A stretch of DNA of 64,000 bases from the NCBI GenBank assembly GCA_016295275.1, contig JAEDLN010000001.1, forward strand, positions 2,165-66,164, read 5' to 3'. Made by a program: the position numbers and the translations under genes. The stretch comes from Kiritimatiellia bacterium. Lineage in GTDB: Bacteria; Verrucomicrobiota; Kiritimatiellia; RFP12; UBA3636. Positions 1 to 9,316 of this stretch are shown piece by piece (the first letter of the stretch is position 1; the number at the start of each line of letters is the position of its first letter). Under the pieces are notes generated by a model, which saw nothing but the letters and a program-made list of their open reading frames with translations, was not told the DNA's origin and searched no databases.

Positions 1-1591
1 GTTTAATTTGATTGATACGCCAGGGCATGTCGACTTCACCTACGAAGTTTCCCGCTCCATGTCTGCCTGCGAGGCGGCAATCCTGCTCGTTGATGCCGCG
101 CAGGGCGTGCAGGCGCAAACCGTTGCCAACACCTATCTCGCCGTCGATGCCAATCTGGAAATCATCCCTTGCCTGAACAAGGTCGATCTTCCATCTGCCG
201 ATATTCCCGGGTGCAAACACCAGGTCGAGGAGGCTCTCGCAATTCCAATGGACGATTGCGCACTTGTTTCCTCCAAAACAGGCATGGGCGTTCCCGATCT
301 TCTCGAACGAATCGTGACACTCGTTCCGCCGCCCCGTTCCGAACATCCGGACGGCCCCCTTCGCGCCGTCATTTTCGATTCGCTTTACGACGCCTACCGC
401 GGTGTCATCCCATACGTCCGTATCGTGGACGGCACCGTGAAAGCCGGCGACAATATCCAGTTCATGGGAAGCGGTCTTTGGACGCAGGTCAAGGAGGTTG
501 GCATCTTTACGCCAAAAATGCGTCCCGTCTCTACGCTTTCCGCAGGTCAAGTCGGATATATCATCGGAACGATAAAGGATCCGCGCGAAATTCGGACGGG
601 TGACACGATTACGTTGCGCAATGCCCCTGCACCCGAGCCCCTACCCGGATTCCGGGAGGTTCGCCCCATGGTTTTTGCCGGTCTTTACCCCGTTTCGACC
701 GATGAATACGAAAAGCTTCGGACGTCCCTTGAAAAGCTTCAATTGAATGATGCCGCCTTCTCTTGGCACGCCGAATCGTCCGTAGCGCTCGGATTTGGAT
801 TCCGTTGCGGTTTCCTTGGCCTTCTGCACATGGAAATCGTTCAGGAACGCTTGCGCAGGGAGTTCAATTGCGATGTCATTTCAACGCATCCGGCCGTCGT
901 CTATTTGGTGCATACCAACGATGGCAAGGTAAAAGAAATCGACAATCCGATCCGAATGCCGGATCCCGCCGATATCGACTACATCGAGGAGCCGCTGATC
1001 CGCGCAACCATCATCACACCGACAGCCAGCATCGGCGATTTGATGCGTGTCGTCATGGATCACCGCGGAACCGTCGATAAAACCGATTCGCTCGACGGCA
1101 CCCGCGTCATCCTGACTTGCACGCTGCCCCTAAACGAAATTCTCGTCGACTTCAACGATACGCTGAAATCCGTTTCCCACGGATATGCTTCGATGGACTA
1201 TGTGCACTGCGGATACCAAGTCTCCCCGATCGTTCGGATGGATATTCTCTTGAACGGGGATCCCGTAGACGCATTTGCGTGCATGGTTCATCGAGATCGT
1301 GCCCGGGCCCGTGGAAAGGAAATCTGCGCCGCGCTCAAAGAGTCGATTCCGCCACACATGTTCAAGATTCCCATTCAGGCGGCGATTGGCGGAAATATCG
1401 TTGCGCGGGAAGATATTCGCCCCTTCCGCAAGGACGTCACGGCAAAGCTTTACGGTGGCGATGTAACCCGTAAACAGAAACTGCTCAAAAAGCAGGCGGA
1501 GGGCAAGAAACGAATGAAGCAATGCGGCACGGTCAATGTTCCGCAAGAAGCCTTCATCGCGGTTCTCCGTTCTTCCTCCGAGGAAAAGTAG
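1..1591 (+). CDS. lepA: Elongation factor 4 (LepA), 5'-truncated at window edge
   Basis: ORF 8..1591. G3 motif DTPGHVDF near the start, NKVD G4 motif, and the conserved LepA C-terminal domain. Frame continues off the left edge. Confidence 0.9.
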   Translation, partial: FNLIDTPGHVDFTYEVSRSMSACEAAILLVDAAQGVQAQTVANTYLAVDANLEIIPCLNKVDLPSADIPGCKHQVEEALAIPMDDCALVSSKTGMGVPDLLERIVTLVPPPRSEHPDGPLRAVIFDSLYDAYRGVIPYVRIVDGTVKAGDNIQFMGSGLWTQVKEVGIFTPKMRPVSTLSAGQVGYIIGTIKDPREIRTGDTITLRNAPAPEPLPGFREVRPMVFAGLYPVSTDEYEKLRTSLEKLQLNDAAFSWHAESSVALGFGFRCGFLGLLHMEIVQERLRREFNCDVISTHPAVVYLVHTNDGKVKEIDNPIRMPDPADIDYIEEPLIRATIITPTASIGDLMRVVMDHRGTVDKTDSLDGTRVILTCTLPLNEILVDFNDTLKSVSHGYASMDYVHCGYQVSPIVRMDILLNGDPVDAFACMVHRDRARARGKEICAALKESIPPHMFKIPIQAAIGGNIVAREDIRPFRKDVTAKLYGGDVTRKQKLLKKQAEGKKRMKQCGTVNVPQEAFIAVLRSSSEEK

Positions 1592-1597
1592 ACAACC

Positions 1598-2179
1598 GTG
1601 CAACCGATCGTACTCGCGTCCGCTTCGCCTCGCCGCTCCGCGATTCTTGCAAGGATCGGCGTACTTTTTGAGGTCTGCCCCGCCGATTGCTCCGAAGTCC
1701 GTCTCCCCGACCCCGTGGAAACATGCGCGACAAACGCGCAGCTGAAGTGGGATGCCGCCCGGGCACTGCGTCCCCGCAGATGGCTTCTTGCCGCCGATAC
1801 CGTTGTTTCGTGCGAGGGGAAGACCTTCGGCAAACCGTCCGGACGGGAAGAGGCGATTCAAATGCTTCTCGCTTTCTCCGGAAAACAGCAACATGTTTTT
1901 ACCGCTGTCTGCCTTTCAACGCCGGAGCAACCGAAACCGGATCTCTTTATCGAAACCTCCGCCCTCCTTTTCCGGCGGCTTTCTCGCGCGGATGCCGAAA
2001 CCTATCTCGATCTCGCAAAAACGCTCGGCTGCGCCGGCGCCTATGATATCGGCACCTATGGCGATCGCATTGTTTCCCGCGTCACAGGCTCGACAACCAA
2101 CATTGAGGGGCTTCCCGCCGGGATTGTCGAACAGTGGCTCCATTCGCGCCGATATCCGCTTTTCACGCCGCCCTCTTGA
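1598..2179 (+). CDS. maf: Maf-like nucleoside triphosphate pyrophosphatase (septum formation protein Maf)
   Basis: GTG start. N-terminus IVLASASPRRSAILARIG is the Maf family signature. About 193 aa. Confidence 0.8.
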   Translation: MQPIVLASASPRRSAILARIGVLFEVCPADCSEVRLPDPVETCATNAQLKWDAARALRPRRWLLAADTVVSCEGKTFGKPSGREEAIQMLLAFSGKQQHVFTAVCLSTPEQPKPDLFIETSALLFRRLSRADAETYLDLAKTLGCAGAYDIGTYGDRIVSRVTGSTTNIEGLPAGIVEQWLHSRRYPLFTPPS

Positions 2180-2302
2180 CTTGTCTTTTGCCATAGTCCG
2201 AATCGGTTCGGTTCCCGTGCCCCCCCTTCTCTGCCGCAATCGAACCGGAAAGCAAGCTCCAATCTCGCAGAAGAACGGTCCTTATGCTATCCTTTCCCCA
2301 TC

Positions 2303-2767
2303 ATGAGAGTTGTCACCCATTCCGCTTCCGAAACACAAGCCCTCGCCCGTTCGCTCGCGACGCAATTCGGCCCATCCCCCATTTTCGTTCTCAAAGGTGA
2401 TCTAGGGGCGGGCAAAACGTGTTTTGTGCAGGGACTTTGCACGGGCCTGGGAATCAAGGCGTTCGTTTCCTCGCCGACATTTGCCATTGCAAACGAGTAT
2501 CGCGTCCCGGGCAAACGCTTCTTGCATCTCGATCTCTATCGACTATCGGGTCCCGATGAACTCGACTCAATCGGTTGGGACGACTATCTTGAGTCGGGCG
2601 ATCCCATGGCAATCGAATGGCCGGAGCGCGCCGGCGATCGTATCCCGGACTCCCGCGCTGTTTTTCTGAAAATCTCCATTGGACCCGCGGAAAACGATCG
2701 CTCCTTCGAAATCGATTCCGGCGCCTTTCCGGCCCCCTCCATTCCATCGTCCTTGAACGAAGGCTGA
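2303..2767 (+). CDS. tsaE: tRNA threonylcarbamoyladenosine biosynthesis ATPase TsaE
   Basis: P-loop GDLGAGKT, 154 aa, TsaE/YjeE-like layout. Confidence 0.75.
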   Translation: MRVVTHSASETQALARSLATQFGPSPIFVLKGDLGAGKTCFVQGLCTGLGIKAFVSSPTFAIANEYRVPGKRFLHLDLYRLSGPDELDSIGWDDYLESGDPMAIEWPERAGDRIPDSRAVFLKISIGPAENDRSFEIDSGAFPAPSIPSSLNEG

Positions 2768-2771
2768 CAAC

Positions 2772-4892
2772 ATGATCGGACCGTCAAAACAGCTACTCTC
2801 CCTCGATCCGCATTCGCAAGAGGCCATCGTTCTGCAGCATGGACGAAATCTTTCCGTACGGATGCCATTCGATGGTGTGGATGCTGTCGTGAAGTGCTTT
2901 CCTCCACCATCCTTGCTCTCCCGGATCGGCGCGCGTTTGCTCCGGACTCATTCCAAGCCGCAACGGGCTTTCGAGGCCGCCGCATTCCTCCATTCCCGCG
3001 TTCCCGATTCGACCCCGGAACCACTTTCCTGGTGCGTAGCACCCGATGGGAGCGGACGCTTCGTCTCGCGATATGTCGACGGCATGAAATCCCTGACCGC
3101 CACATTGGTCGAACGCTACAACCAATATGGCCCGGGTCCCGTCATCATGGATCTCCTCGAACGAGTCGCAGCCGTCTGCCGGAAGATGCACGACGCAGGC
3201 TTTTTCCACGGCGATCTCGGCAATCAGAATATCATGATTTCCGATGACGGACGCATCCTCGTCATCGATCTGAACCGATGCAGGCTCTTTCCGGAAGGCG
3301 GGGTTCCCTTGCGCTTACGGGCGCGAGATCTTTCCCGGATTGCCCTTCCGTCCGATTTTCTCCGCTGCTTTTTCGAAATGTACTGGCAGGACTCTCCGCC
3401 ATCCGGATTCCTAAGAGCGGAACGCCGCTATCGCGCCCGCTTCGCCTTCCATTCCGCAACACGCCGCCTCCGCCACCCATTTCGACCGCGCCGGAAATCC
3501 CCCGAACCGGAATATCCATCTCCAAACAATCTTTGGATATGGGATCCGCGCTCGGAGCAGGCGCTTGTAACGCTCCTATCCCGCGATCGGCGACGCTACC
3601 AATCCATTTCGCGGGTTACGACGCCTCTGCTGGTCCTTCTCAAGTATTGGTTTCGGATTCTCTCGAATCTTCGCACCCTTCGTCACTGCGAATTCGCTTC
3701 CGGAATAACCGCTTTCGCCTCCCGGGTACGGATCTCTATCGCCGCAGATCCCGAGCGTTTCGGTCAGGAACTGGCGCTCTTGGATGAACTCCACTGCCCA
3801 AATGTCCACCTGCGCTTTTATGCCCACGAAACGCAATCTTCGATTGCATTCAAACTTCAGGCCGTGCAAAAGCTGCGCGAGCGCGGATTCAACGTTGCGA
3901 TCTCCCTCGTGCAATGCCGCGACTCTATTTTGCATCCGGATACCTGGGCGCAACACTGTACAACCATCCTCGACGCCGTCCATGAACAGGTCGAATGGGT
4001 CGAATACCTACACGCCGTCAACCGCGTGAAATGGGGAATCTGGAACTATCGCGAGCTCGCATCCCTGCTTGATTGCCTACCCGATTTCCAAAAGCGTTAT
4101 CCCGCAACGGCATTCCTGGTTCCGTCCGTCATCGATTTTGAATGGGACTACTTCGCGGGAGCCGTCCATAAGCTTCCAAAGTGCTTTGCCAAATCGCCGC
4201 TTGCCGGTGCTTCCGCAGAGTTGTATATCGATCGCCGTGGCGCGCCCGAGGCCTTCCAAGGACGCTACGATGCCGTCGGAAAACTTCGTCTCCTCCGTGC
4301 AATTCTGGAAACGACGCCTGCAATCGAAGACCGCCTCATCGTAACCGAATTCAACTGGCCTCTCGAACATACCGGCGTCTGGTCGCCCGTTGGCGCCCCT
4401 TACACTTCACCAGGTCCGCGCTTGAACGATCCGTCTGTTTCCCCGGCCGACTGCGCCGCGTATCTCATCCGCTATCTTCTGCTCGGTATCGCCTCGGGAA
4501 TGGCGCACGAAATGGTCTTCTGGTCCCTCGCCGCTCACGGTTTCGGTCTTGTCGACCCCGGCTCCGAACCTTCCACTGCATGGAAAAAACGACCCGGCTT
4601 TTTCGCGCTTGCCTGCTTCTTCGAAATCCTCGGGGACGCAACCTTCGAAAGGGCAATCTCATCTTCCGGACTCCAGCGACTACTTCTGTTCCGGAAATCG
4701 GACGGGAATCGGATCGCCGTTGCTTGGCAAGCCGATTTGACCGAAGCCCCTCTCTGCCCGAATCTCCCCTTCACACCAACAGAAACGCTCGATCTTTTCG
4801 GCGCTTCCATCGATTCCGCCACGCCGCTGTCGGGTAACCCAATCTATTTCTTCGAGTCCCACCCCCGCCATGTTCCCGTTTCTGGCCATTGA
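2772..4892 (+). CDS. Fusion protein: N-terminal lipopolysaccharide-kinase (Kdo/WaaP/RIO-like) domain plus large C-terminal domain of unknown function
   Basis: FHGDLGNQNIMISDDGRILVIDLNRC catalytic-loop/DFG-like region typical of the Kdo/WaaP kinase family. About 450 aa of C-terminal sequence with no recognised motif (contains VTEFNWP). Confidence 0.55.
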   Translation: MIGPSKQLLSLDPHSQEAIVLQHGRNLSVRMPFDGVDAVVKCFPPPSLLSRIGARLLRTHSKPQRAFEAAAFLHSRVPDSTPEPLSWCVAPDGSGRFVSRYVDGMKSLTATLVERYNQYGPGPVIMDLLERVAAVCRKMHDAGFFHGDLGNQNIMISDDGRILVIDLNRCRLFPEGGVPLRLRARDLSRIALPSDFLRCFFEMYWQDSPPSGFLRAERRYRARFAFHSATRRLRHPFRPRRKSPEPEYPSPNNLWIWDPRSEQALVTLLSRDRRRYQSISRVTTPLLVLLKYWFRILSNLRTLRHCEFASGITAFASRVRISIAADPERFGQELALLDELHCPNVHLRFYAHETQSSIAFKLQAVQKLRERGFNVAISLVQCRDSILHPDTWAQHCTTILDAVHEQVEWVEYLHAVNRVKWGIWNYRELASLLDCLPDFQKRYPATAFLVPSVIDFEWDYFAGAVHKLPKCFAKSPLAGASAELYIDRRGAPEAFQGRYDAVGKLRLLRAILETTPAIEDRLIVTEFNWPLEHTGVWSPVGAPYTSPGPRLNDPSVSPADCAAYLIRYLLLGIASGMAHEMVFWSLAAHGFGLVDPGSEPSTAWKKRPGFFALACFFEILGDATFERAISSSGLQRLLLFRKSDGNRIAVAWQADLTEAPLCPNLPFTPTETLDLFGASIDSATPLSGNPIYFFESHPRHVPVSGH

Positions 4893-5460
4893 TTTTGAAA
4901 CAACAGGGAGCGTCCCCGGCTTCCGGAACGAGCCTTGGCAGCTGGGAGCCATTCTCATGCCCGAAAGCGGCGGATTGCCTGCCGCCCAGATGTTCGAGTC
5001 TCTCTTGCGGATCAGCCCCGATCGGCCATTCAACCGCTACACCCCGGGGCGGCACGCACAGCTTCGCCGACAACTCGCTGTCGCGCCGACACTCGGCGAT
5101 CTTTGGCCGGTTCTCGCACCTCATCTCGGCTCTCTTCCCGTTGTTGCGCATAACATCGGGACGGAACGTACCCAGCTCCGTTCCGTTGCTCCTTTGCATA
5201 CAAAAATCCTTTGGATCGATACGCTTGCCTTGGCTCGTTCGGCGTGGCCGTCTCTTGCCTCCTATGCGCTAGAGGATCTGATCCCCGACCTGAGACTCCA
5301 ACCGATACTTGAAAGCATTTTCCCCGGGCGCGCTCCCCATGACGCACTGTATGACGCCGCCGCTTGCGCCCTTCTGTTCGAGCATCTGCTATCGCTCCCT
5401 TCTTGGTCACACCTTTCCGCGCAAGATTTGTCCTCCCTTAGCAGGAGGAATCACAGATGA
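4870..5460 (+). CDS. DnaQ-like 3'-5' exonuclease domain protein (DEDDh family)
   Basis: Exo I motif AIDFETTG and Exo III motif HDALYDAAACALLF. Exo II is degenerate (AHNIGTE). Overlaps the upstream gene by 23 nt. Confidence 0.6.
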   Translation: MFPFLAIDFETTGSVPGFRNEPWQLGAILMPESGGLPAAQMFESLLRISPDRPFNRYTPGRHAQLRRQLAVAPTLGDLWPVLAPHLGSLPVVAHNIGTERTQLRSVAPLHTKILWIDTLALARSAWPSLASYALEDLIPDLRLQPILESIFPGRAPHDALYDAAACALLFEHLLSLPSWSHLSAQDLSSLSRRNHR

Positions 5461-5961
5461 TCCTCTCTCTGTACATGGCTGCGACACGTCCGGAAAGATG
5501 AGCGCATCCGAACCGGACTTACCCCGGACGTCCGCATCACGCTAGGTCTGTACGTCCTGTCGGGGGTCGAGAATGTCGTGAATATTTCGGTCATATTGCC
5601 GCGAAATGGCGGGGCGGAGGCCCGATAGCCGGGACATCGCGCCGCACGAGTCGTGCGCGTGTGCCATGACATGCGCGCAATGGGGTACGTCGTCCGATCT
5701 CCGGTCACGGGGCGCCGGCGCGAGGATGTGGCAACGGAATACGTGCGGCGCTGAGGTCCGCACAAAAATAGTTGGAGGGATCAGCCGAACAATCGGATTG
5801 GTTGCGAAAATAGACCTTATTTAGTACGATTTCAGTACTTGGTAGATGGGATGGTTCCTCTGGAACAAGGAGGATATTTGTCCGTTCCAGTCTCGTTTAT
5901 CCCACGATCCGTTTCTTTTCTCTCTCGAACCCTATCCGTCGGTTTTTCCGACTTACTCGAT

Positions 5962-6990
5962 ATGGCAGTCTCCATTCAACTCGATTCTATCGTCAAGCGG
6001 TTTGAAACAACATTGGCTCTCGACCATATTACGCTCCATATTGAACCGGGAGAACTCTTCTTCCTTCTCGGTCCGTCAGGATGCGGAAAAACAACCCTTC
6101 TTCGCCATATTGCCGGCTTTTACACGCCCGATGAAGGAACGATTCGAATCGGCGAAGCGGATGTCACGAATGTCCCGCCCTACAAGCGCGATACGGGCAT
6201 GGTCTTCCAAAGCTACGCCCTTTGGCCGCACATGACCCTTGCCGAAAACGTCGCCTTCGGCTTGAAAATGCGAAATATTCCAAAACGGGAAATGGACGAC
6301 CGCGTGCACGAAGCGCTTGAAATGGTCAAAATGGGCGATCGCGCGGACGCCAAGCCGAACCAGCTCTCCGGCGGACAGCAACAGCGAATCGCACTGGCAC
6401 GCGCACTCGTCATCAAGCCTCGTTGCCTGCTCTTGGATGAACCGCTCTCCAATCTGGACGCCAAACTCCGCTTGGAAATGCGCATGGAAATCCGAAAAAT
6501 CTGCAAGCAGGCCGGCTTGACATCGGTCTATGTGACGCACGACCAAAAGGAAGCACTCTCGATTGCCGACCGCCTTGCCGTCCTCCGTGCCGGGCGAATC
6601 GAACAAATCGGGGCGCCATTGGAGATTTTCCGTCATCCCGCCAATTCCTTCGTTGCATCCTTTATTGGAGAAACCAACTTTCTCCCTCCTGATTTCTTCG
6701 GAGCGGCTTTCACGCCGCCCGCCGGCACCAAAACGCTCTCCATCCGCCCGGAAGCGATTTCCTTCGGCGAACCGCCCGCCGATTCCGGCGCGCTATGCTT
6801 CTCCGGCACAATCCATGGCACGGTTTACCTCGGGGAAACCGCTGAACATCTCATGGACGTCACCTTGCCTGATGGCTCGCCTCTTACGCTAAAGGTCTTC
6901 CAATTGAATCCGGAAGTCCTGGCTCGCGATGAAGCCCGTAAAATGAAGGCTTGGGTGCTTCCTGCCAATCTCGTTCCCCTCGCTGAATAA
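5962..6990 (+). CDS. ABC transporter ATP-binding protein, PotA/FbpC-like, with C-terminal TOBE domain
   Basis: Walker A GPSGCGKTT, LSGGQQQRIALARAL signature, Walker B LLLDEP. Start chosen at MAVSIQ (5962), since the ORF track extension from 5839 looks non-coding. Confidence 0.85.
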   Translation: MAVSIQLDSIVKRFETTLALDHITLHIEPGELFFLLGPSGCGKTTLLRHIAGFYTPDEGTIRIGEADVTNVPPYKRDTGMVFQSYALWPHMTLAENVAFGLKMRNIPKREMDDRVHEALEMVKMGDRADAKPNQLSGGQQQRIALARALVIKPRCLLLDEPLSNLDAKLRLEMRMEIRKICKQAGLTSVYVTHDQKEALSIADRLAVLRAGRIEQIGAPLEIFRHPANSFVASFIGETNFLPPDFFGAAFTPPAGTKTLSIRPEAISFGEPPADSGALCFSGTIHGTVYLGETAEHLMDVTLPDGSPLTLKVFQLNPEVLARDEARKMKAWVLPANLVPLAE

Positions 6991-7018
6991 CACGTCCTCG
7001 AAAGTACGGAAACGCTCT

Positions 7019-8779
7019 ATGATCCGCAATATCATCATCATTTGCGCGGCCGTCCTTGTCTGCGCGCTCCCTTTCGCGCTGCGCCCCGCTCCAGACGTTG
7101 GCGCATGGCACGAGGGCGATCCCGTCTTGGTGGCCGTCTCTCCGCATATCGCCGCCATTCGAGACGAATTCGCAAACGGTTTTTCGCACTGGCATCTCAA
7201 AAAATACGGTACGCCTGTACGCATCGATTGGCGCTCGATCGGCGGAACGACTGAAATCATGCGATACTTGAACGGCGAATATGCCGCATCTTACCGCGCA
7301 TATCGACGCCGTCAAGGGCTCGATCCCGGTCTGGCAAATGCCGCCCTCTCCAAGAATCGCCCCGAGGATAGCGAGGCTGCCGCAGCATGGGACGATTTTC
7401 GCGCTCATGATGATCCGGATGCCTATGGGTGCAAAATCGATATCTTCTTTGGAGGCGGCACCTACGATCACGGCTCCGCCGAACGTCAGGGAATTACGGT
7501 CGCTCCGTGGACTGCCGGAAATTGGCCAAAAGGAATTCTGGAGGATGACAACGGAATCGAAATGATTCCGCGTGAACTTGGTGGCGAAATCTGGAGGACC
7601 GATGTATACGTATCCGCCGTCCTTTCCGGCTTCGGTATCTGCTCCAATCCGGATCGCCTGCGCGAGCTCGGCATTGAAAAAATGCCATCTACTTGGAAAG
7701 ATCTCACCGATCCGCGTCTCTACGGCTTTGTCGGTGTGACAGATCCCACAAAATCCGGTTCGATCGCCAAGGCTTTCGAAATGATTTTGCACGCAACCTG
7801 CCGCGAACACGTCTTGGCGGCCGGGTGGACGCCGGAGCAGATCCAGACATTCGAAACCGCCGCGAAAAAGGGATTGCAAAACGATTTGCCCGATTTTCCG
7901 CGCTACCAGGCAGATGTCGAAGCTGGCTGGCTCTCCGGCATTCACTTGCTGCAGAGGGTCGGTGCCAACTCCCGCTATTTCACCGATGCCGCCGGAAAAG
8001 TGCCTGTCGATGTCTCTTCCGGAGACGCCGCTGCGGGAATCTGTATCGATTTCTACGGACGGGTCCAGGCTGAAACAACACGCGTCGGCAATCAAGATCG
8101 TCTCAACTACGTGACGCCCCATGGCGGCTCGACGATTTCCGGCGACCCGATATCCCTCTTGCGCGGTGCCGAACACCGCGAGCTCGCGCAGCACTTCATC
8201 GAATTCGTTTTGTGCGAGGACGGACAAAAACTCTGGAATGGACGTCCGGGCTCCGACGGCGGTCCCCAAAAACACGCACTTCGCCGCTTGCCCGTCCGCC
8301 GCGACTTCTATCCGGACGACCAAAATCCAACTGTCGACGCACGCGCCCGTGCCCGCAAGGGAACAACCTCCGACGATCTGCTCGACCCGACCGTCGATGC
8401 CTATATGCTTGCCAATGCATTCACCTACGAACCGCGCTGGACTGCCGCCCATTTCTCTTTTTTGCGCTCCTTCGTCCGAGCAATGTGCATGGACGCCGGA
8501 CGCGAATTGCGATCAGCCTGGAAAGCCATCTTGGAAGCAGGCGGCCCGGAGGCTGTCCCGGAGGCCGTTGCTCTTCTGGAGCGAATGCCGGTCGAGCCAT
8601 ATCCCATCGATTGGGCAACCGTTACGGAGGCCTCGCGCAACCGTTCCATGACCAAGGGACTTTCCGAAACCGATTTGACGTCGGCATGGACGTCCTTCTT
8701 CCGAAACTCCTACAGGGAAGCGGAAGCATGCGCCCGCAAGCTGGCTGCCGAACAAAAAAAGCCGGCCTCCGCCCCGTAA
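7019..8779 (+). CDS. Extracellular solute-binding protein (ABC-type iron/polyamine family 1), extended 586 aa
   Basis: N-terminal hydrophobic signal and family-1 SBP-like core (VAVSPH, KIDIFFGGG). No permease gene adjacent. Confidence 0.6.
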   Translation: MIRNIIIICAAVLVCALPFALRPAPDVGAWHEGDPVLVAVSPHIAAIRDEFANGFSHWHLKKYGTPVRIDWRSIGGTTEIMRYLNGEYAASYRAYRRRQGLDPGLANAALSKNRPEDSEAAAAWDDFRAHDDPDAYGCKIDIFFGGGTYDHGSAERQGITVAPWTAGNWPKGILEDDNGIEMIPRELGGEIWRTDVYVSAVLSGFGICSNPDRLRELGIEKMPSTWKDLTDPRLYGFVGVTDPTKSGSIAKAFEMILHATCREHVLAAGWTPEQIQTFETAAKKGLQNDLPDFPRYQADVEAGWLSGIHLLQRVGANSRYFTDAAGKVPVDVSSGDAAAGICIDFYGRVQAETTRVGNQDRLNYVTPHGGSTISGDPISLLRGAEHRELAQHFIEFVLCEDGQKLWNGRPGSDGGPQKHALRRLPVRRDFYPDDQNPTVDARARARKGTTSDDLLDPTVDAYMLANAFTYEPRWTAAHFSFLRSFVRAMCMDAGRELRSAWKAILEAGGPEAVPEAVALLERMPVEPYPIDWATVTEASRNRSMTKGLSETDLTSAWTSFFRNSYREAEACARKLAAEQKKPASAP

Positions 8780-8797
8780 AACTCCTTTTCCCCGTTT

Positions 8798-9286
8798 TTG
8801 ATATCCTTTTTCCTTACGATCATGAGCCAGAACGATTCCGGTTCGGACGATTCGGCTGAACCCTCCAATATCATCTATCGCCGACGCTCCTCGCATCACG
8901 TCCACCGCCACCATCGAACCCACTCCATGGGTGCGACAAAGCAGGAGGTTACCCGTTCGGAGGATAAGCGTGCCCTCGCTTTTATTCTCCCCGCTCTCGT
9001 CCTTGCGATTGGCGTTGCGCTCTGCTTTTACGCCAACAAAAACCATTTCTCCCACGCGGTTCCCCGGGAATTGGTTTCGCTCTCTTATTGGCTGATGGGC
9101 GGCGGCGGAATCGCCTTGCTGTCCGTCTTCATCTACGTTTCTTTCCTCTATGCGAAAAACGCACGGAAAGAGGACGATCAACGAATGGAAACGGATGATA
9201 TTCCCCCCGGAGTCGTCTACCGCCGCCGTTCTTCGCATCACGTCCATCGCCATCATCGTGACGAAAGCATGGATGAAGACAACTAA
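8798..9286 (+). CDS. Small membrane protein with duplicated His/Arg-rich motif (YRRRSSHHVHRHHR at both ends)
   Basis: Two ~50-60 bp direct repeats (8870-8935 and 9212-9275) encode IIYRRRSSHHVHRHHRTHSMG and VVYRRRSSHHVHRHHRDESMDE. Two central hydrophobic segments. Confidence 0.45.
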   Translation: MISFFLTIMSQNDSGSDDSAEPSNIIYRRRSSHHVHRHHRTHSMGATKQEVTRSEDKRALAFILPALVLAIGVALCFYANKNHFSHAVPRELVSLSYWLMGGGGIALLSVFIYVSFLYAKNARKEDDQRMETDDIPPGVVYRRRSSHHVHRHHRDESMDEDN

Positions 9287-9316
9287 TCCCTTTTTCAATC
9301 CTTCCCGCTCTTTCCT

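Noticed and set aside
169-5200. Numerous 60-250 aa ORFs overlapping lepA, the kinase-fusion gene and others, on alternative frames or the opposite strand (e.g. 1130-1894 minus, 4181-4837 plus)
   Set aside because: Arg/Pro/Gly-rich translations typical of spurious frames in high-GC DNA. All are embedded in well-supported genes.
5839-5961. ORF-track N-terminal extension of the ABC ATPase (start at 5839)
   Set aside because: Upstream 41 codons lack coding character. The homologous ABC N-terminus begins at MAVSIQ.
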